From Heterodontus francisci (Eukaryota), in assembly GCF_036365525.1 (NCBI RefSeq), contig NC_090421.1:7320725-7384724 (forward strand): a DNA stretch of 64,000 nucleotides. The letters are read 5' to 3'. Each line of letters opens with the position of its first letter. Position 1 is the stretch's first letter. Shown here piece by piece: positions 1 through 11,240 of the stretch. The notes beneath the pieces were generated by a model. It saw only the letters and a list, made by a program, of their open reading frames with translations, was not told where the DNA came from and did not search any database. The position numbers and the translations under genes were made by a program.

Positions 1-330
1 CTTTCCCCCTCTCTCTTATGCATGCACACTCTCGCTCTCATACTCACTCCTGCTCTGTCTCTTTCTCTCTTTGCCTCTCTTACGTTCCCAGTCTCCCTCT
101 CTGTCTCTTTCTCAGTGTCTCTCTCCCACACCCACTATCAGTCTTGCATTCTCTCTCAGTATATCTCACATGTGCTCCCTCTCACAATCTCAGGCTTGTC
201 CTTTGTCTCTTCCCTAATGTCTCACTTGCCACTGTTACAAGGCTGTGTCTGTGTCGCTTCTCACTCTTGGTCGCTGTCTTTCTCTGTCTCGCTCTTGCTC
301 TCATGATAGCTCTCTTTAATCTCTTTATGT
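1..330. repeat. CT-rich low-complexity tract
   Basis: Degenerate (CT)n/(CTGT)n runs; the overlapping S/L-rich ORFs reflect composition. Confidence 0.85.
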
Positions 331-543
331 CTTGATTTTCATCTTCCTTACATTTCCAGCCACTGCACACAAATAAACTTCCGTGTACAAAACAGAAATG
401 CCTGTATATGCTGCAGCAGATATAAGCCACATAGACATGGACTGGTTACATGGAAATGAGCAATATATCCAGATGGAGAAGATACAACAAACACCTTTGA
501 ATTAATTTAAGCACTAAACTGCATTGGAGATTCTTCATTTCAG

Positions 544-680
544 TGACATCGAGGTGTGTTGGACAGGAAGTGGAGATTGACTTCTTCAGTGTTTCTGAGT
601 CCCAAGCAGTGGGTGGCTTATCAGAGGTGCAGGGCCCAGCTCTAGAGGCAGAACCACATGTGGTATACAACATATCATAA
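544..680 (+). CDS. Candidate terminal coding exon of an unidentified gene
   Basis: Branch-like ACTAAAC at ~513, acceptor TTCTTCATTTCAG| at 543, open frame TSRCVGQEVEIDFFSVSESQAVGGLSEVQGPALEAEPHVVYNIS* (TAA 678-680), AATAAA at 743-748; no homology recognised. Confidence 0.2.
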
Positions 681-1776
681 CAAAAAGAAAATAGGATCCA
701 GTCCGTGTCCTCTTTTATCTGTCCCATCCTGGGCTGAATCCAAATAAAATCTTTTGATATATGTTCCAGCAAAACATCTGGATATTTTGATTCAGCTTTG
801 GAAACAGGATTTTATCTGCATCCGACGCAAATGTTTATTGTTCCACTTTGGCTTTAATCACCACCTTTCAATGCTGAGTTTTCCAGTGTTTGTTTTAAAT
901 GCTTTCGCTGTGGTTGCGTCCAGCATATCTTGTGCCCGACTCTTCGACCTGTGCAAAATCCCAGAGTGACAGCACGTTCTGAGTGCACAGGACTCGTGCA
1001 AATGGATGTTCATTTCTCAATCGCCGTTGTACTCAGCCATGACTCTGGTGGGCACCCTGGCCGAACTCTGGGTGCAGAGAATTGAAGTACAGTCACGACC
1101 ATGTACACCATCCATGGGTATCATGGGCAGCTGCCCATAATCGGGCAAATGGTGCCAGTACCACAGGATTCAATGTCACGTGTGAAGCACGCCCACTTTT
1201 TCAAGCAGTTCCATAGATTCTCCATTCCTCCACGGTAGAAACCAAATTATGCCAATTCGCCCAATGCGTCAATGCCCTGTACATCTCCGTTTAAAAACTC
1301 TGCTGATTTCGGGCAGTCGGGTCTTCGGGCAGCGTCAATTAAACGTTCGCACCATTAACAACTGTGGGAATTATTCCGTTGTTACAACCTATTACGGTTG
1401 TACCACCCACCACATATGGCAGGAAGATTGCGTTGGCACAAGTGTGCCTGCCATATGTGGTAGGGACTGTGATCTAATCTACGGTGCCTCCATGGGCTTA
1501 GATTTGTGGTCGGGCAATGGCCAGCTCCCCTCTGATGTGACAGATTGTGGGAGGTGATTGACTGCTCCTGCTCTCCAAAAGGCTGGTGGCACTGAGGTGT
1601 TGCTCCTTGACTGGCAGCTCGCTCCTGGTGGGGAGCCTTGTTCCTGGGCAGCCTGGTCTCACCTTCTACACTCCACTAGTGTAGTGATCTGAGGCGGGGT
1701 GGGGGATGGCCCGAGGCCTGTACGTGTCAAGCTGTCCCAAGCGATGGCAGTACCAGGCAGGTGGACTCCGCCCATT

Positions 1777-1890
1777 TTAAATGGCTTTTATGCCAATGGC
1801 TGCACCAGTGTGAAAGCAAATGAGCAGAGCCAGGAAACCCATAAGCAACCAGAGGAGGCAGTGCTCATTGGTGAAATTCTCGACCAATGA
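1777..1890 (-). CDS. Candidate terminal exon with a hydrophobic C-terminal tail, unidentified gene
   Basis: Minus-strand acceptor (T run then CCAG|) at 1891; readings SLVENFTNEHCLLWLLMGFLALLICFHTGAAIGIKAI* or HWSRISPMSTASSGCLWVSWLCSFAFTLVQPLA*; minus-strand AATAAA at 839-834. Confidence 0.2.
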   Translation of the reverse strand, partial: SLVENFTNEHCLLWLLMGFLALLICFHTGAAIGIKAI

Positions 1891-2423
1891 CTGGAAAAAA
1901 AAACTATCTCCTGGAAATTAAGAGATAATCAAACCCATTTCTGAATAATATCAAGGATTTATACTGTAATATCCTCCCTTCTGTTCCCATGCTATCCTTC
2001 TCCTTTGATGCCATTGTATATTCTTTCCTGGTTTGGTTTCAGTGCTGGAGGCAGTGCGGGTGTCAATTAGAACATTGTGTGATGTGAATTTGGAAAGGTT
2101 CTGCTTTCAACATCCTCCGCAAATGAGAATTCGTTCTCTTATTTCAAAATCACACACGAATAGCCACTTGGACAAAATATTGGAGGGTTGCCATGGAACC
2201 AGGGTCCGTCCTTTAGGAGAAGAAGAAAAGAAAGTATTTTGGTGGGGGGGGATTAGAGGCTGGTGGGGTGGGGGGGGGAAGATAAATTTGATCAAGAATA
2301 TAAAAAAAATCTGGGTATCATCAGAGAAGGGAAAAGAGATGAAGAGATATGAGGGCAGTAACAAGAGTGGGCCTATCTCCCGTATGCATCCTTACTACAC
2401 AGTCTTGTGACTGAAGCAAGAGA

Positions 2424-2992
2424 CAACAGCTAAGACTATTTGTATTTTCACAGCACCTTAAACAGAAGAAAGAGTTCTAAGGCACTTCACAAATAGGCAT
2501 CATGAAAATGGACGACGAGCCAGGAAGGAGAGACTAGGAAGAGTGAGCAGAAACTGGGTTGAAAGAAAATGGTTTTGAGAAAGTTTGGAAGGTGGAGAGA
2601 GGGAGGTCAGAGGCGGAACAGTTTAGGAAGGGTGTCCCAAAGAGTACGACAAGTCAACTGAGGGCGCTGCCACCACAGTGGGGAGGTGAAGGGAAAGGAG
2701 AGATGCATAAAAGGCTGGATTCAGAGGAAGGGAATATCTGTGAGGGAGAATGGGGGTGGAGAATATTATAGAGATAATGTGGGGGAAGACCATGGTAGGA
2801 GTTACAGATAAGGAGGGTTTTGATTGAATGAATTCATTGACTGATGTCAGTAAGGAAAGGCGTGATGGGCAGGTTGGACTTAGTGTGGGACAGGGTACAT
2901 GCAGAAAAGTTTTGGACAAGTTGGTGAATGACAGGATGGGAGGCTGGCAAGGAGAGCATTAAATTGGGCAAGTCCAGAGGTGACCAAGACAT
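2424..2992 (-). mobile_element. Old L2 LINE 3' part, interrupted by CR1
   Basis: Reverse complement resembles the + L2 tails at 12040 and 53545; resumes at 5381. Confidence 0.75.
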
Positions 2993-5380
2993 ATGTCAAG
3001 TGCATTCAGGAGTGTAGTAAGGAGTGCTTTTTGAGCCAGCACATAGAGAGCCCTACAAGAGGAGGAGCGGTACTGGACTTAATCCTAGGGAATGAAGCTG
3101 GACAAGTGGTAGAAGTGTCAGTGGGGGAGCATTTCGGGGATAGTGACCATAACTCTGTAAGATTTAAGGTAGTTATGGAAAAGGACATAGTTGGACCAGA
3201 AATAAAAGTACTGAATTGGGGAAAGGCAGATTTCAATATGATAAAACAGGATCTGGCAGCTACTTGTAGGAAAGTCTACATCAGACCAGTGAGAGTCATT
3301 CAGAAAAGAACTAGTGAGAGTTCAGGGCCAACATGTTCCCGTACAGGTGAAAGGTAGGACCAACAAATCAAGCGAACCCTGGATGTCAAGGGATATAGAG
3401 GATTGGATAAAGAGGAAAAAGGAGGCTTATGGCAGATTCAGAGTGCTGAAAACAGTGGAGGCCCTAGAGGAGTATAGAAAGTATAGGGGAGTACTTAAAA
3501 AAGTAATTAGGAGAACGAAGAGGGGACATGAAAAATCACTGGCAGACAAGATAAAGGAAAATCCCAAGGCATTTTATAAGTATGTTAAGAGAAAGAGGAT
3601 AACCAGGGAAAAACTGGGCCCATCAGGGATCAAAGAGGCAATCTGTGTGTGGAGCCAGAGGGCATAGGTGAGGTTTTGAATGATTACTTTTCATCTGTGT
3701 TCACTATGGAGAGGGACGATGCAGATGTAGTGATCAGGGAGGGGGCTTGTGATATACTTGATAAAATTAGCATTGAAAAGGAGGAAGTATTAGCTGTATT
3801 AGCGGGCTTAAAGGTGGATAAATCCCCAGGCCCAGATGGGATGTATCCCAGGCTGCTATGTGAGGCAAGGGAAGAGATTGCAGGGGCTCTGACATAAATT
3901 TTCAAATCCTTTCTGGCCACAGGAGAGGTACTAGAGGACTGGAGGACAGTGAATTGGTGCCATTATTCAAGAAGGGTAGCAGGGATAAACCAGGTAATTA
4001 CAAGCCGGTGAGTCTAACGTCAGTGGTAGGGAAATTATTGGAAAAAATTCTGAGAGATAGGATTAATCTCCACTTGGAGAGGCAGGGAATAATCAGGGAT
4101 AGTCAGCATGGTTTTGTCAGGGGGAGATCATGTCTAACAAATTTGATTGAATTTTTCGAGGAGGTGACTAGATGTGTAGATGAGGGTAAAGCAGTTGATG
4201 TGGTCGATATGGACTTCAGTAAGGCTTTTGATAAGGTCCCGCATTGGAGATTGGTTAAGAAGGTAAGAGCCCATGGGATCCAGGGCAATTTGGCAAATTG
4301 GATCCAAAATTGTCTTAGTGGCAGGAGGCAGAGGGTGATGGTTGAGGGTTGTTTTTGTGAATGGAGGACTGTGACCAGTGGGGTACCGCAGGGTTCGGTG
4401 CTAGGACCCTTGCTGTTTGTAGTGTACATTAATGATTTAGACATGAATATAGCAGGTATGATCAGTAAGTTCGCAGATGACACGAAAATTGGTGGTGTCG
4501 TAAATAGTGAGGAGGAAAGCTTTAGATTACAGGGCGATATAGATGGGCTGGTAAGATGGGTGGAGCAGTGACAAATGGAGTTTAATCCTGAGAAGTGTGA
4601 GGTGATGCACTTTGGTAGGACTAACAAGGAAAGAGAATATACAGTGGATGGTAGGACCCTAGGGAGTACAGAAAGTCAGAGGAACCTTGGGGTGCTTGTC
4701 CATAGATCACTGAAGGCAGCAGCACAGGTTGACAAGGTGGTTAGGAAGGCATATGGGATACTTGCCTTTATTGGCCAAGGCATAGCATAAAAGAGCAGGG
4801 AGGTTATGATGGAGCTGTATAAAACACTAGTTAGGCCACAGCTGGAGTACTGTTTACAGTTCTGGTCACCACACTATAGGAAGGATGTGATTGCACTGGA
4901 GAGGGTGCAGAGGAGATTCACCAGGATGTTGCCTGGGCTGGAGCATTTCAGTTATGAAGAGAGACTGGATAGGCGAGGGTTGTTTTCCTTAGAGCAGAGA
5001 AGGCTGAGGGGGGACCTGATTGAGTTTTACAAAATTATGAGGGGCATTGATAGGATAGATAGGAAGAAACTTTTTCCATTAGCGGAGGGGTCAGTAACCA
5101 AGGGACATAGATTTAAGGTAAGGGGTTTAGAGGGTTGAGGAAGAATTTTTTCACCCACAGAGGGTGGTTGAAATCTGGAACACACTGCCTGAAGGGGTGG
5201 TAGAGGCAGGAACCCTCAGAACATTTAAGAAGTATTTAGATGAGCACTTGAAACGTCATAGCATACAAGGCTACGGGCCAACTGCTGGAAAATGGGATTA
5301 GATTGGACGGGTGCTTGATGGTCGGTGCAGGCGCATTGGGCTGAAGGGCCTATTTCTGTGTTGCAAAACTCTATGACTCT
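2993..5380 (+). mobile_element. CR1 (HER1-like) LINE, 5'-truncated, decayed ORF2 (endonuclease end + RT)
   Basis: PTRGGAVLDLIL...DHN, KSPGPDG, PLFKKG..PGNYKPVSLTS, QHGF, DFSKAFD, GVPQGSVLGP, FADD (4470-4481), RPQLEY; premature stops at 3895, 4569 and 4788 plus frameshifts; tail CTCTATGACTCTA. Confidence 0.97.
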
Positions 5381-5960
5381 AAAGGTCTCAGCGTCAGCAA
5401 GTCTGAAGTAGCAGCAGAGACAGGAGATTTTGTAGAGATGGAATAAACAATCTTGGCGACCAATAGTGCACACAAAACTGGCCGCTGTCTTTCTTACATT
5501 ACAACAGTGACTATACTTCAAAAGTACTTCACTGGGTGGGGACCACTTTGAGATGTCCTGAGGTTGTGAAAGCTCAACTAAGGGTCGAACAGGACGCCAA
5601 AATTGCAATCTGGTTCAGCCTCGTGTGTGGCCAGGACTGAAGGCAATGACATCGGGCTTCCAGATGTTGAACTGGAAGGAGCTGTAATCGATCTAGGAGT
5701 TGGACCAGCTATCTAACAGCACAGAGGTAGCGGAGGGCCAAGAGAAGAGGTGTAGAGGTAGAGCTGAGTATCATCAGCATCCATGTGAAACATGCCACTG
5801 TGTCTGCGTATAACGTCACTGACGTACAGCATCTGGATAAGGAGACGAGTCAAGGGTATATCCTTGGGGGACTTCCGAGGTGATGGTGTAAGGGTGAGGA
5901 AGAGAAGCCATTGTTGGACAAGTGCTGGCTGCATTCAGAAGGGTTGCAATGGACGCATCT
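5381..5960 (-). mobile_element. L2 LINE continuation with RT remnant; Deu-SINE fragment nested at ~5462-5575
   Basis: ORF 5713-5934 gives FHMDADDTQLYL, matching the L2 YADDTQLY motif. Confidence 0.85.
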
Positions 5961-6112
5961 AAGGACAGAACCACACAAACATCAACAATTTGCATTTATA
6001 TAGCACCTTTATCTTAGTAAAACATCTCAAGATGCTTATAAGAGCAGGATGACAGAGAGTCATTGGACAAGGCTGGTGTGGTCAGTCCAATCAATTGTTG
6101 TGGAGAGGTTTG

Positions 6113-6285
6113 GCATCCATCTGAGAGGACAGACAGGACCTCGATTTAACATCTCAACTGAAAGACGGCACCTCCAACAGTGCAGCACTCCCTCAGTACT
6201 GCGCTAGGAGTGTCAGCCTTGATTTTTGTGCTCAAGTCTCTAGATTGGGACTTGAACCCAGAACCTTCTTACTCAGACATTCATG
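6113..6285 (-). mobile_element. Deu-domain SINE (SacSINE1-like), 5' half
   Basis: CAGTGCAGCACTCCCTCAGTACTGC...GGGACTTGAACCC shared with the fuller copies. Confidence 0.85.
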
Positions 6286-6420
6286 CATCACTATATACAT
6301 GGCAACAGAGACATCTTGTTCTTCAGTTGAGGGAAGGTTTCTTTTCCCCCTAGACAATTTTCTCCTATCTCTCATCTCCTTGCTGGGGCTCAGTTCAATG
6401 AGTGCCTGGCACCCTATGGT

Positions 6421-6789
6421 ATTTTTTTTCCATGCATTCATGGAATGTGGGCATTGCTGGCAAGGCCAGCATTTATTGCCAACTTGAGAAGGTGGTGGTG
6501 AGCAACCTTCTTGAATTCAACTGAGTGGCTTGTGAGGCCATTGCTGTGGTCTGGAGTCACATGTAGGCCAGACCGGGAAAGGACAGCAGATTTCCTTCCC
6601 TTAAAGGGCAATAGCGAACCAGATAGGGTTTTACAACAATCCGGCAGTTTGATGGTCACCATTACTGAGACTAGCTTTTTAATTCAGATTTATTTAGTTA
6701 ACTGAATTTAAATTCACCAGCTGCCATGGTGGGATTTGAACTCATGTCTCTGAATTATTAGTTCAGTAAAACAACCGCTGTGCTACCAT
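6421..6789 (-). mobile_element. tRNA-derived SINE with Meta-like core
   Basis: Reverse-complement homolog of 57216-57606 (GTCTGGAGTCACATGTAGGCCAGACC; GCCAGCATTTATTGCC tail). Confidence 0.85.
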
Positions 6790-6902
6790 ACTCACGTGTA
6801 CGCTATGGTATCTATTCGCCGCACTGGTGCTAAATGGGGCTCACACAGAGTCTCCCTCCATAACCGGTTGACTATAATGTTGTGGTATGTTTTATAGCTG
6901 CA

Positions 6903-6917
6903 CCACTAGGAGGTCGC
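6903..6917 (+). promoter_or_regulatory. CTCF-like motif in a unique spacer
   Basis: CCACTAGGAGGTCGC is an imperfect match to the CCASYAGRKGGCRC core. Confidence 0.25.
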
Positions 6918-7125
6918 AAGCAAACAGCTTGAAAGGAAGTTGGCCACTTTACAAACTGCTGAAGCACAAATGTCAATGGGCAGAGGGAATATTGCCAGAA
7001 AATGATTGCATTGTTCAGCTCTGCTGTTAATTAAGGTGTGCGACCTGAGAAAATTAGTCCAGGAATCACTGAGTAATAATCTACATAGGACTGATACATG
7101 TGTATGTCTGTGTGTGTTTCTGTGC

Positions 7126-7879
7126 TGTTATGATCCCCGTGGAGACCAAATGAAAAGAATCAAATCCATCGACCGACCAAACCAAACAGACAAGATTTCA
7201 TTTTTATAAATTTTACTTTAACACTCAAACCAAAAACAACATAAATTAAATATGGAGCAAAAGACAGATCAGGGTCCACATATAATACTACAAATTGCAT
7301 CTTAACTATCAGATACAACAGAGATGGCTCTCATAGTTTCACTGGGCAGTCCACCCAACATAAATGGCAACAATTCCAGTCACACAGTTCTTCACAACTC
7401 TGAAGTTCCTCAGGTGGATTTTCAGCTCCTTTCTTCAAGGATTTAACTGTTGTTCTTCCGACAGCAGTTCCCTCTCAATCTGAACTCCGCAGGTGCCGTC
7501 TTCAAAACAAGGTGCACTTCTCCAGAACCTCCTCAGCTCTGCCCACGACAGTCTTGATGGTGTGGATTTACCAGTCTTCCCTTTATCCGAGTCCTTCAGT
7601 GACAACCTGTGCACTGCATGGCCGGGTCAGGTTAGTCAGCTACTTTAAGTAACATAAACAGTTCCTGAATTCAATTTTCAGTTTCTTCTGCTTTACGGTG
7701 CTCCAATCCTGCCTTGTCTGCCCGGTCTGGGGAGGACTCTGTCTTCTTTTATCTGGTTCTAACCAGTGTCTGTTTCCCTGGAAATGTAAAGTTGTTTTTC
7801 CAGCTTCTGTTTCAGTTTTGCTTTCCATTTCTGTTTCATTTCTAGTTTCTGTTTCAATTCTAGTTTTTCTTTCAGTTCA
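7126..7879 (-). mobile_element. LTR-like element (3' portion), apparently interrupted by the + LTR
   Basis: Starts TGTTATGATC (reverse complement GATCATAACA, like the LTR ends at 9535 and 14404); ACAAGATTTCAT is the complement of ATGAAATCTTGT near 9450. Confidence 0.6.
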
Positions 7880-8036
7880 TGTTATGAACGCTGGACTTTG
7901 TAGCATGGTTATATTTTAAAAATTGTGATTTTTAATGTACTGTAAGATGGAGTCAGAGAAGTCATGTGACTTCATATCTACAAGAAATGCTGGAATCACT
8001 CAGCAGGTCTGGCAGCATCTGTGGAAAGAGAAGCAG

Positions 8037-8073
8037 AGTTAACGTTTCGGGTCAGTGACCCTTCTTCGGAACT
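8037..8073 (-). ncRNA. Minimal hammerhead-ribozyme motif (inverted pLTR copy)
   Basis: Exact reverse complement of 8499-8535. Confidence 0.6.
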
Positions 8074-8498
8074 GACAAATATTAGAAAAGTCACACTACA
8101 GCCTGCCGGACTGAACATTGAGTTCAATAATTTCAGAGCATGACAGCCCCCCATTTTACTTTCATTTTTAGTTATTTTTTCTTCCTTTTTTTTACATTCT
8201 TTTTTACATTTTTTACAATCTTTTTTTGCATTTATTTCATTTCATCTTAGTTTGTTCAGTTTGCTTACCCACTGTTTTTTTCAGGTTTGCACTTGCTGCT
8301 ATTCAATATTCAGTGTATTCACACCTAATCTGTACTAATGCTTTGTCTTTCAACACACCATTAACATATTGTTTGCCTTTGCTCCGTGACCTTTTGGTCA
8401 GCTATGTGGCCTGGTCCAATCTGCACCTTCTCCTTTGTTATCTCTTGCCCCACCCCCACCTCACTTGCTTATAATCTGTGACTTTTCTAATATTTGTC

Positions 8499-8535
8499 AG
8501 TTCCGAAGAAGGGTCACTGACCCGAAACGTTAACT
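8499..8535 (+). ncRNA. Minimal type-I hammerhead-ribozyme motif of the Penelope pLTR
   Basis: AGTT (helix I), CCGAAGA, A, GGGTCA-C-TGACCC (helix II), GAAA, CGTT (palindromic AACGTT helix III), AACT (helix I'); the core has C in place of U4. Confidence 0.6.
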
Positions 8536-9560
8536 CTGCTTCTCTTTCCACAGATGCTGCCAGACCTGCTGAGTGATTCCAGCATTTCTTGTTTTTGTTT
8601 CAGATTTCCAGCATCCGCAGCATTTTGCTTTTATTTTAGTGTTGACTTCATATCTACTCTGTTTAAAGACAAGACAGGGATCTTGGTTACCAGGGCAACA
8701 AGGAACCCAGATCAAAGACCCTTTTGAAAAGCAGAGACTGCAGAGCTATAACACCTGAAAGAAAATGGGTTTCACCCTCCCAGACTTTCGGATTGTAAAC
8801 AAAAAGTCAGTAACTCTGGAAATGTAACTGTGAATTGCAATTAACACCTGGAAACAAAGGAAAGCCCAGATGGCTCTGCTGTAGCCAGACTTGTGGGCTT
8901 TGCATATAGGAACAAACAAATGGCTATCGACCTTCTGTTTCTGGATAAATTCTATAGACTTTGGGAAATCTGCAGGCTGTAAAGGAAGACTGGAAGACAA
9001 AGACCAGACCAGCGGTGGCAGCCTCCGGAGAAAGGGAGAGAGAGGGAACACCTGCTGATTGAACACTGACACAGCGAAAGGCTGCAAAGACTTGAACCCA
9101 ATTCGAAAGTCAAGGTTTGCAGAGAAGAAAAGACCAACAGGATCATCAGAGATCAGCTTATTCACGGATATCCAGGTTGAAAGTGCTCGGAAGAAGTGAA
9201 CGGAGTGGACGTTGACTTTGAGAAGGTCTGGGAGATCCAACTCATTGCAACTGGGAGGAGTTTGGGACTTTTACCTGCAAAGTTGTCACTTCAAGGAGGA
9301 CTGTGTAATGTATAAGTGTGACGTGAGGTCTTCAGGTGTTTTAATAAGTGAAGAAAATAGCTTTTTCTGTAATTTGGGGTACTAGCTACTTGTAAAGTAC
9401 CATTTAGTTAATTGTGATTTTTAGTTTAGTTATAATAAAAGTCGTAAAACATGAAATCTTGTGCAATTCATTAAATTGATCGAGGGAGTTTATATCTCGT
9501 GTTTTAACGTTAATGGTCTCACTGAGGTCGTAACAGTTAGGGTGTGAAAAGAAGCTTTGC

Positions 9561-9778
9561 NNNNNNNNNNNNNNNNNNNNNNNNNNNNNNNNNNNNNNNN
9601 NNNNNNNNNNNNNNNNNNNNNNNNNNNNNNNNNNNNNNNNNNNNNNNNNNNNNNNNNNNNNNNNNNNNNNNNNNNNNNNNNNNNNNNNNNNNNNNNNNNN
9701 NNNNNNNNNNNNNNNNNNNNNNNNNNNNNNNNNNNNNNNNNNNNNNNNNNNNNNNNNNNNNNNNNNNNNNNNNNNNNN
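9561..9778. other. Assembly gap (218 N)
   Basis: N run. Confidence 1.
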
Positions 9779-9780
9779 TT

Positions 9781-10115
9781 TGAGGGCAGGTGTGCATGTC
9801 TGTCTGTGTGAGCATGTATGTCTGTCTGAGTGTCTGCCTGTGTTTGTGTGTGAGTGTGTGTGTGGAGGGTGTGCGTGTCTGTCTGTGCATGTGTGTGTCT
9901 CTGGGTGCGTGCTTATGTCTGTCTATGTATCTGTGGGTGAGTGAGTGTGTGTGTGTTTGTGTGTATGTCTGCCTGTGTTTGTGTGTATGTCTGTCTGTGC
10001 ATCTGTGTGGGGAGTGTGCACATCTGTCTGTGTGAGTCCATCTGTATGTCTGTCTGGGTGTGTGTATGTCTGTCTGTGTGTCTGCCTTTGTGCATGTGTG
10101 TGGCGGTGTGTGGAC
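9781..10115. repeat. Degenerate (TG)n/(TGTC)n microsatellite
   Basis: Continuous TG-rich repeat next to the gap. Confidence 0.95.
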
Positions 10116-10519
10116 AGGGAGTTTGCACCTGGGGAATAGGCAGGGACAGTGTCAGAGGAAAAACATGAGGGAACTAATCCTCATTTCTGTTCCAGCTGTA
10201 ACTTTTAATTTGTTCCATATTTTAAGCTGCTTTACGTGTCATTGCAGGGGTGAATGAATTTGCTCCCCTGTTAAATAGTCCCACCTCCTCACTCAGGCTC
10301 TGTCCTGCCTCTAAAACAAAATAAATTCAAATCAGGTTGGTATAAATAGTATCTTTAAATCTCTGTTCCTCTCCTGCCCTGAGATTTACACCAGTGTCTA
10401 TGTCATTGCTTCAAATCTGCCGTCCCTTCCTGGACTGCTGTTTAACACATTGGTTGCTTTATAAGATACTTGACTCTGATTCTCAACCGCTTTGCAAGAT
10501 TTAACAGTAAAATGACTGG

Positions 10520-10850
10520 TGTCCTACCCATCTGCTCAGTTTGCAGCTGAGCCACAAAGACTAGAATGTCCCAGGTTTAATACCCAACTTGTGCTGGGTT
10601 GGCTGATCTCAGCTGGTGAGCAGGACTGGTGCCCCAGTTGGCCTCAGTACCCCAGACTAGTGTTGGGACAAACATTTCCACTCCTGATTTGCTCTTCCGT
10701 GGGCCCCGGTAGCATGTTGGCACCAGGTGAGGTTCAGATCAGGCTCATGGATGGCTGTGGTGCCCAGGTATTGGAAGGTGGCTAGGTGCCTGTTGAATGG
10801 TTAGCCCAGTAAGGGTCAGCACCTTCCGCAGAGAAAGGGGTAGAAAATTA
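10520..10850 (+). mobile_element. Ancient tRNA-SINE, AmnSINE2-like
   Basis: TGTGCTGGGTTGGCTGATCTCAGC...TTGGCCTCAGT...GGTGAGGTTCAGATCAGGCTC recurs about a dozen times in the window; family name from memory. Confidence 0.6.
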
Positions 10851-10914
10851 AAGGCAGTACAAAGGAGCAAATGCGAGAATCAGCAAACCTGCAGTCAATG
10901 GCCAGGAACATCCT

Positions 10915-11240
10915 CAGAACTACTGCCTCAACTAACATCACCAAACCAAAGCCCCGTCTGACTTCACAGGTGGATCCCATGGTACTATCTTGAAGAACAG
11001 CAGAGGAGTTCTCCCCGGTGTCCAGCCCAATATTTATTCCTCAGTCAACATCACTAAAACAGATGATCTGCTCATTCTCCCATTGTTGTTTGTGGGAGCT
11101 TCCTGTGTGCAAATTGGCTGCTGGGTTTCCTACATTACAACAATAGCCACACTTCAAAAGTACTTCATTGGCTGTAAAGCGCTTTGGGACATTCTGAGGT
11201 TGTGAAAGGCGCTATAGAAATGCAAGTCTTTTTTTTTCTT
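10915..11240 (+). mobile_element. Deu-domain SINE (SacSINE1-like), 3' part
   Basis: GATCCCATGG...GAGTTCTCCCCGGTGTCC...CTTCAAAAGTACTTCATTGGCTGTAAAGCGCTTTGGGAC...AAGGCGCTATAGAAATGCAAG. Confidence 0.92.

Larger units (their letters stand above)
7982..8642 (+). mobile_element. Penelope-like element 3' end with inverted pseudo-LTR
   Basis: ORF end TLQPAGLNIEFNNFRA*; perfect 116-bp inverted repeat 7980-8095/8477-8592; 15-bp direct repeat TGACTTCATATCTAC at 7967-7981 and 8643-8657. Confidence 0.93.
7880..9535 (+). mobile_element. Solo LTR (~1 kb excluding the nested Penelope)
   Basis: TGTTATG...CGTAACA termini, AATAAA at ~9434, flanks GTTCA/GTTAG (imperfect TSD). Confidence 0.75.

Noticed and set aside
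18-430. ORFs over the CT tract
   Set aside because: Low-complexity translation with no motif
2980-5138. Functional reverse transcriptase gene
   Set aside because: 5'-truncated CR1 with several stops and frameshifts; the same holds for 21635-23610 and 36813-37869
9537-10257. ORFs across the gap and TG repeat
   Set aside because: Artefacts of N runs and the microsatellite
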